Below are positions 46,241 through 51,354 of a stretch of DNA of 51,354 nucleotides, piece by piece. Numbering within the stretch: position 1 is the first letter of the stretch; the number at the start of each line of letters is the position of its first letter. Both the position numbers and the translations under genes were made by a program. The DNA comes from a virus (taxonomy: Duplodnaviria; Caudoviricetes), in IMG/VR virus record IMGVR_UViG_3300020161_000851, positions 1 through 51,354 of that record; one strand, 5' to 3'. The notes under the pieces are model-generated. The model saw only the letters and a program-made list of their open reading frames with translations, had not been told where the DNA came from and did not search any database.

Positions 46241-48915
46241 TGCCAAGTATACTTCCTCCAACACCACCTCGTAGATTTCCTTGTGGAGAATTTTTCCCTG
46301 GGGATCAGCCGAGGCCATATGATGGTGAGATAAATACTTCGATACCTCCATTATACATACCCTCCCCATCTAGACCTAGACCAGTATTCTTCCCAACCGG
46401 AGCCCCAGTAGGGCCTAGAGGGCCAACAGGTCCAAACCCAGGTTCTGGTGGGGGAGGAGGAAGAGGTGGAAGAGGCTTTGGCCCTGGAGGCCCTGCGACC
46501 CCAGGGCAATTAGGACCAGCAACCCCCGGCCCTGGAGGCCCAGCAGGAGGCGGCGGCGGCGCAGCGGGAGGCAAGGGTGGCCCAGCAACCCCCGGCCCTG
46601 GAGGACCAGCAGCTCCAGGCCCAGCAGGCCCAGCTACAGGGGGAAGGTCTTTTAGGCAATGCACCGTTACAGTAGAATATTGCACTGAGCCAAACAGAAC
46701 TTATACACAATCAGAGTTAGAGGCACTTCCAATAAGAAGAATAATTAGAGTTCCAACTTTATGTTCTTTTGAGAAAGCATCTTTTGATGTGTCGGCAGGA
46801 TACCCTTTTAGACCAGACATACCTTACACAGATGATGCAAAAAATTTCTGTGTTGCTACTGATTTTGTTTCATCAGATTTTTGGACCGGATGTATTTCAG
46901 ATAATCCTAGACCTTGCACTAATCTACCTGATAACAATCAATCAGTGATTTCATTAGGTAGATTAACAAATTCTATAACACAAAATCAAAGTTCTCAGGT
47001 TGGTTCAACGATACCTAATTCTCAAGTTAATTCACAAACTATCTTAAGATCCTTACCCTCTAGACAAGAAGAGCAATTAAATTTAAATGATCCTACTCTT
47101 TTAAAACAAGCTTCAACTTCCTCAAGTTACAACACAACTTATGGCTTATTTGATGAAAGATTTAATTTCTTCAAAACAAGCCCTCAAACAAGCACTACAT
47201 TAGTAGGAAATTCTAATTACCTGAATATATTTAACAATGTTGTTTCAGAAAATGTAAAATATTTTATTGAGAGACAATCTACAACTACTCCTTGGTCTGA
47301 AGAGTATTTTGATTCTCTAACAAATGATAAAATAATAATTAGTTTAAGACAAGAGTTACTTACTTCGTTCAATAATATAAATTCGATAGGTAGGACTAGG
47401 CTGCCATTAAATGATTTTATTGAAGTTGTAAAAAATCATTTAATAACAGGAACATTATCTGAATTTGATCCTAATTATTTTTATTATGTTTACAATACAC
47501 AAGTAAACATAAAAATGCTTAGGCTGCCTCAGCAAGGCGAAACTTACAATGGACTTCAAGCAGCTATAGGCTTGTTTGAATTAAGCTCACAAAGTCCATA
47601 TTTCACAGATGATACAAATCTAAAGTCACTAAATGAGTTAAGAAGAATTAGATTTTTATTAGAGGATATAGAAGCTAGAATACCCTCTATGCAATTAAAT
47701 GGTAACACTAGTCCATTGTTTCTAAACAACGCTGGTGCCCTGTGCCAGCAATTAAGTGGGTCAACTTCTTCATATTTAGATATTGGGGACGGTGCTGGGT
47801 ATTACATCTCGTCATTGAATGTAATAGGGAATGCTTACCCTTTACAAACACAAAATGAATTGTCTGCCTCTAGATATCTCGCACCTTCTTTACGACAAAA
47901 TATTTTAGAGTTGTTAGGAACTGATACAGGAATTACAATTACAGTTAATTCTCAAGCTGGTGTTACAGAATTTAGCTCTTCTTACAATGCTTCCGCTGAT
48001 GTATACCCAATGTATTTTAAACTTGATTTGGGATCTATCACAGATGTAGAAAATCCAAATTCAGTTATAAACGTATTATCAGCTTCTTACGTTAGAATTA
48101 CTGACGAAGAAGCTATAAATCATTCTAGAAATTATTCATATAACATCACAAAAGTAAATTTGGATCACAGAGATCCGATGATGCATTACGCCAGGGACAC
48201 TAGCACATTAAGCGTAGAACTTGATGAGTTTAATCTTAGAAACTTTGATGAAAACAGAAGCGTAACTAAAGAAAATATAATACTTAGAAACATACCTGCT
48301 GCAATAGTATTAACTCCTGGGATGGGATCTGCTCATAATCCATTCAGTTCAAGATCTAATATAAATAATTATTCTGACAATGTTGTAACCAGATCTATAA
48401 ACTTAATACCTTCATTTGAAACTCCACCAAATCTAATCACTAAACCATCTCTAGAAAGTTCCAATATTTTTAATAGCCTAGGAACTCCTTACTTTGGCTT
48501 ATATGAGCAGCAGTATTCTCAAGATATCCACTCAGATATTTTTACTTATAGTCCTAGTTCATCAATTTTTAATAAATCATATTTTAACGGATCTTACAGC
48601 AGTTCTCAGCCAGCAGTAGAGTATAGGGAGTCTTCTATTGAATCTAAATTAGTTTCTCTAGTGGATAAACTATCAGACCCATCAAGTGTAAGTAGTTTAA
48701 CTTGGTGGGATGTATTTAGAAGAGTTAAATTAAATGATATAGGAAAGTTATCCTATTCTGATACAGATAAATTTTTAAATAAACTAGCGTCTGGATGGAG
48801 AAATGATGTTCCAATATTAAATGTCCTTACTCGGTATAATTTAAAACCAAGTGGGATTCCCGAGGATGTGACCATACCAGATGATATTATTATTATTAAT
48901 GAATGGGATAGATAA
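46240..48915 (+). CDS. Hypothetical virion protein with Pro/Gly-rich (GPATPG) N-terminus
   Basis: 891-aa ORF TAATG-coupled to the upstream gene; GPATPGPGG repeats followed by a Cys-containing segment. Confidence 0.6.
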   Translation: MPSILPPTPPRRFPCGEFFPGDQPRPYDGEINTSIPPLYIPSPSRPRPVFFPTGAPVGPRGPTGPNPGSGGGGGRGGRGFGPGGPATPGQLGPATPGPGGPAGGGGGAAGGKGGPATPGPGGPAAPGPAGPATGGRSFRQCTVTVEYCTEPNRTYTQSELEALPIRRIIRVPTLCSFEKASFDVSAGYPFRPDIPYTDDAKNFCVATDFVSSDFWTGCISDNPRPCTNLPDNNQSVISLGRLTNSITQNQSSQVGSTIPNSQVNSQTILRSLPSRQEEQLNLNDPTLLKQASTSSSYNTTYGLFDERFNFFKTSPQTSTTLVGNSNYLNIFNNVVSENVKYFIERQSTTTPWSEEYFDSLTNDKIIISLRQELLTSFNNINSIGRTRLPLNDFIEVVKNHLITGTLSEFDPNYFYYVYNTQVNIKMLRLPQQGETYNGLQAAIGLFELSSQSPYFTDDTNLKSLNELRRIRFLLEDIEARIPSMQLNGNTSPLFLNNAGALCQQLSGSTSSYLDIGDGAGYYISSLNVIGNAYPLQTQNELSASRYLAPSLRQNILELLGTDTGITITVNSQAGVTEFSSSYNASADVYPMYFKLDLGSITDVENPNSVINVLSASYVRITDEEAINHSRNYSYNITKVNLDHRDPMMHYARDTSTLSVELDEFNLRNFDENRSVTKENIILRNIPAAIVLTPGMGSAHNPFSSRSNINNYSDNVVTRSINLIPSFETPPNLITKPSLESSNIFNSLGTPYFGLYEQQYSQDIHSDIFTYSPSSSIFNKSYFNGSYSSSQPAVEYRESSIESKLVSLVDKLSDPSSVSSLTWWDVFRRVKLNDIGKLSYSDTDKFLNKLASGWRNDVPILNVLTRYNLKPSGIPEDVTIPDDIIIINEWDR
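46516..46604 (+). repeat. 23-bp direct repeat CCAGCAACCCCCGGCCCTGGAGG (46516-46538 and 46582-46604)
   Basis: Exact duplication within the GPATPG region. Confidence 0.85.
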
Positions 48916-48938
48916 TTTAATTAAAAAAATTAATTAAA
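48916..48938. repeat. AT-only inverted repeat TTTAATTAA-AAAAA-TTAATTAAA
   Basis: Perfect 9-bp stem straight after the stop codon, followed by a T-rich tract. Confidence 0.6.
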
Positions 48939-48955
48939 ATTTTCTATTTACTGTG

Positions 48956-48962
48956 ATAGATA
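48956..48962 (+). promoter_or_regulatory. Putative late promoter variant (ATAGATA)
   Basis: Intergenic, upstream of SD-like TAAGGA and the ATG at 48997. Confidence 0.35.
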
Positions 48963-48996
48963 TATGTAGGTAAAATTTTACTGTAAGGAAATACTT

Positions 48997-49392
48997 ATGA
49001 AAAAGCAAATACTCGCTGAAGAAGTCGATCAAATCATTCAGCAATCATTTTGGGGCTTGGGTGGCGTTAAGCTAAACGAGTCAGTTGAGGGGCTACAAGC
49101 TCAAGACGCTCAGTCAGATGATGAGCAGCAGGAACAAATTGAAGAGGCTGTAGAGGGTCATGTTTGCCCTCTCTGTGAATCACAGCTAGAGGAAGCTATC
49201 TCTGATGAGCAGCTTGCCGAGCATGTTGATTTCATGGTCGGGGTCATCAGCGAAATGGAAGACATTACGGATGAAGACCTTACCGAACTCGCTGAGGAAT
49301 TAGTTTCAGATGAATTTGAGGACGATCAAGAGGATCTGGACGAGGGCCAGAAGCCAGCATTCCTCAAGAAGCTAATGAAGCGTAACGGCTGA
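48997..49392 (+). CDS. Small acidic prohead core-like protein with CxxC motif
   Basis: E/D-rich, HVCPLC...EHV, LNES/LEEA/LDEG motifs; SD-like TAAGGA. Confidence 0.65.
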   Translation: MKKQILAEEVDQIIQQSFWGLGGVKLNESVEGLQAQDAQSDDEQQEQIEEAVEGHVCPLCESQLEEAISDEQLAEHVDFMVGVISEMEDITDEDLTELAEELVSDEFEDDQEDLDEGQKPAFLKKLMKRNG

Positions 49393-49421
49393 GGCTCGTA
49401 ATTAATTTAATAGTTAATTAA

Positions 49422-49838
49422 ATGAGCGATAAGTTTTTTCCTGATATTTCAGTAGGTGATTTTGCCATGGATCTTTTAAAGTCCATGGCAAAAGATCCTA
49501 ATGGATTAAAGCCAGCTTTAAAGGAGTCTACGATTCAGTCTGCTGGTGCCCCCGATGTAAGCAAGTTTCAGGTTACTGACGATTTTGTTAAATTAGTTAC
49601 TGAAGGTAAGAAGCCTGTAACTAAATCAACTAAGCAACCAATCAGAGAAACAACTGAAAATAAGTTAACAAGCTTAGTTGAAAGATTGGCATCTTTGGTA
49701 TCTGAAGCTAAATCTATAATGGAAGAAATATCTGCTGGTGCTACGACTACAGGAAATCTTGGGGTTAATATGGCGGGCAAAACTAGCCGCAAAAGCAAAG
49801 CCTTAAGCAAATATTTATTAAAGTATAGAAATGTTTGA
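49422..49838 (+). CDS. Hypothetical prohead core-like protein
   Basis: 138 aa with LKES/VTEG/IRET motifs and a C-terminal helix; in the head gene cluster. Confidence 0.6.
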   Translation: MSDKFFPDISVGDFAMDLLKSMAKDPNGLKPALKESTIQSAGAPDVSKFQVTDDFVKLVTEGKKPVTKSTKQPIRETTENKLTSLVERLASLVSEAKSIMEEISAGATTTGNLGVNMAGKTSRKSKALSKYLLKYRNV

Positions 49839-50394
49839 TATATTTAAAATTATAAATGAAGCTAAAGCTTTGATCTCTGAAGGCGATAGAGGTCAAATAC
49901 TACTTCAAACACCTAATAAAGTAAAGGGTGACAATAAGGGGCAAAGCCTAGGTGAAAACCCAGACCCAACTAATGTAATTGGAAAAGGCGAAAAGAAAGC
50001 TAAAAAGTTTATTAAACCTAAAAAGAAAGTTAATGAATCTAGGTTTGAAAAAGGTCAAGGGTCGAAGTCTGGAAGAAGTGCCATTCATTCCCAAACCAAA
50101 AAATATAACCCAGAAAAATCCAGAGTTCCTATCGCTAAATCAATAACAACTGCCATTAGAACGAGAGATGAGGGTCACGTATTTACAACTCCAAAGTCTA
50201 ATAGATTTTATGTTGTTACGAAAGGTGGCAAGTGGGGAACTGATAAGGAACAAATAATTGGCGGTAAAACTGCTAAGGGATTTAGTAGTTTTAAACCAGC
50301 TAAGAGATTTGCAGTTAGAACCCTGATAAGACACGGGGGAGCAACTGACAAACGATACAAGAGCAAGAAGTATTGGAAGTCTGATAGGAAATAA
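49831..50394 (+). CDS. Lys/Arg-rich hypothetical protein (possible internal DNA-binding head protein)
   Basis: Strongly basic after VNES; precedes the protease. Confidence 0.6.
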   Translation: MFDIFKIINEAKALISEGDRGQILLQTPNKVKGDNKGQSLGENPDPTNVIGKGEKKAKKFIKPKKKVNESRFEKGQGSKSGRSAIHSQTKKYNPEKSRVPIAKSITTAIRTRDEGHVFTTPKSNRFYVVTKGGKWGTDKEQIIGGKTAKGFSSFKPAKRFAVRTLIRHGGATDKRYKSKKYWKSDRK

Positions 50395-50396
50395 TC

Positions 50397-51176
50397 ATGA
50401 TGAATCTTCAAGACGTATTTATAATTCAAAATTTAACTGTCCTTAACGAGGGCAAGACGGGCCCATTGAAGATTCGTGGTATATTCCAACGTGCCGACGA
50501 AGCTAACAATAACCAGAGAATCTACCCCCAAAGAGTATTAGAGGGACAAGTAAGAGCCTTAAATGAAGCCATTAAAGAGCGTAGATTGGTAGGTGAGCTT
50601 GATCACCCAACCTATGACATGGTAAAGCTATCAAATGCTTCTCATCTTATAACAGGTCTTCATCTTGAGGGTAAGGAAGTGGTTGGAGAGGCTGAGATTC
50701 TCCCCACCCCCGCAGGTAAGGTTGTAGAAGGTCTTATCCGTGGTGGAGTTAAGATTGGAATTTCAAGCCGTGGAATGGGAACTCTATCAGAGGGTAGAAA
50801 CGGCACTAAGACTGTAAATGAAGATTTTAGATTAGTTACATTTGATATCGTAGCTGATCCAAGCACCCGTGGAGCTTATCCAACCCTTAGCGAGTCTAAG
50901 GAGCATAAGAAGGAAAAGCAAATAATTGAATCAACAATCAAGACAGTTGTTGGTGAGAGATACTTCCTAAAGCTTCTTGAGAAGAAGATTGATGATAAGC
51001 TCAATGAAGCAAAAGCGAGAAGCCCAAAAGCCCTTAAGAAAGCAATGGAGAGAGCTAGAAGAAAGCCAGGAAGCAGAGTAGCAAACAAAGCATTAAAGAT
51101 GTTGGGATCTCAACAAAGCAAAAGAGATGGAAGCCCTAAAGGTAAGCCACCTACTAGCTCTGGGGATGAAGATTAA
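50397..51176 (+). CDS. Prohead core protease (T4 gp21-like)
   Basis: GIFQRADEANNNQRIYP, GELDHP, ASHLIT, TPAG, GISSRGMG, FDIVADPST. Confidence 0.95.
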   Translation: MMNLQDVFIIQNLTVLNEGKTGPLKIRGIFQRADEANNNQRIYPQRVLEGQVRALNEAIKERRLVGELDHPTYDMVKLSNASHLITGLHLEGKEVVGEAEILPTPAGKVVEGLIRGGVKIGISSRGMGTLSEGRNGTKTVNEDFRLVTFDIVADPSTRGAYPTLSESKEHKKEKQIIESTIKTVVGERYFLKLLEKKIDDKLNEAKARSPKALKKAMERARRKPGSRVANKALKMLGSQQSKRDGSPKGKPPTSSGDED

Positions 51177-51224
51177 TCCCCAAGCTATTGATAAAATAAA
51201 AAGTGAAATATTTTCACATAGAGG

Positions 51225-51231
51225 ATAAATA
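51225..51231 (+). promoter_or_regulatory. Putative T4-like late promoter (ATAAATA)
   Basis: 8 nt upstream of the ATG at 51240; 7/8 match to TATAAATA. Confidence 0.45.
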
Positions 51232-51239
51232 AGATTAGT

Positions 51240-51354
51240 ATGAAAAACAATCCACTAGAGCAAATTGCCAAACTTCTGCCAGAAGGATTAACGGAGAGCA
51301 TGGTTGAAAGCATCGCTACCCTAGTCCACCAGAAGATTGAAGAAGAAGTTAACG
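51240..51354 (+). CDS. Prohead scaffold protein (gp22-like), partial
   Basis: Not in the ORF track. MKNNPLEQIAKLLPEGLTESMVESIATLVHQKIEEEVN..., open to the window end, in the gp22 position after the protease. Confidence 0.7.
   Translation, partial: MKNNPLEQIAKLLPEGLTESMVESIATLVHQKIEEEVN

Noticed and set aside
1-51354. Stop-codon or Cys-codon reassignment
   Set aside because: Long ORFs tile the window in the standard code, TAG and TGA end genes at sensible points, and TGT/TGC encode canonical CxxC ligands

Overview
A gene-dense, AT-rich segment of a large T4-like (contractile-tailed) dsDNA phage, read in the standard code; TAA, TAG and TGA all act as stops. The left end holds a partial glycosyltransferase (minus strand), terminase large subunit, portal and an acidic head-core-like protein. 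Next is a fibre/spike cluster with two paralogous Ser/Thr-rich fibres flanking a beta-helix plus SGNH-esterase protein. A mixed-strand block follows, with a UvsW-like helicase, gp26-like chaperone, primase and Cas4-like nuclease. Then comes a baseplate module (tape measure, tube initiator, gp53, hub, spike, gp25, gp6, gp7-like, collar proteins, fibres), small head-core proteins, the prohead protease and the start of the scaffold. No sheath, tube, major capsid, tRNA, CRISPR array, integrase or reverse transcriptase was recognised. Best leads: (1) a probable programmed -1 frameshift fusing the gp26-like chaperone to an unannotated gp51-like ORF; (2) a lysine-less lipoyl/biotinyl-like domain inserted in the baseplate spike, encoded by a GC-rich, self-complementary DNA patch; (3) pervasive hydrophobic-Ser/Thr/Cys-small motifs in virion proteins next to a glycosyltransferase, suggesting virion glycosylation; (4) primase and nuclease genes diverging from one shared CATG. 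All product calls come from motif recognition by eye, not database searches.
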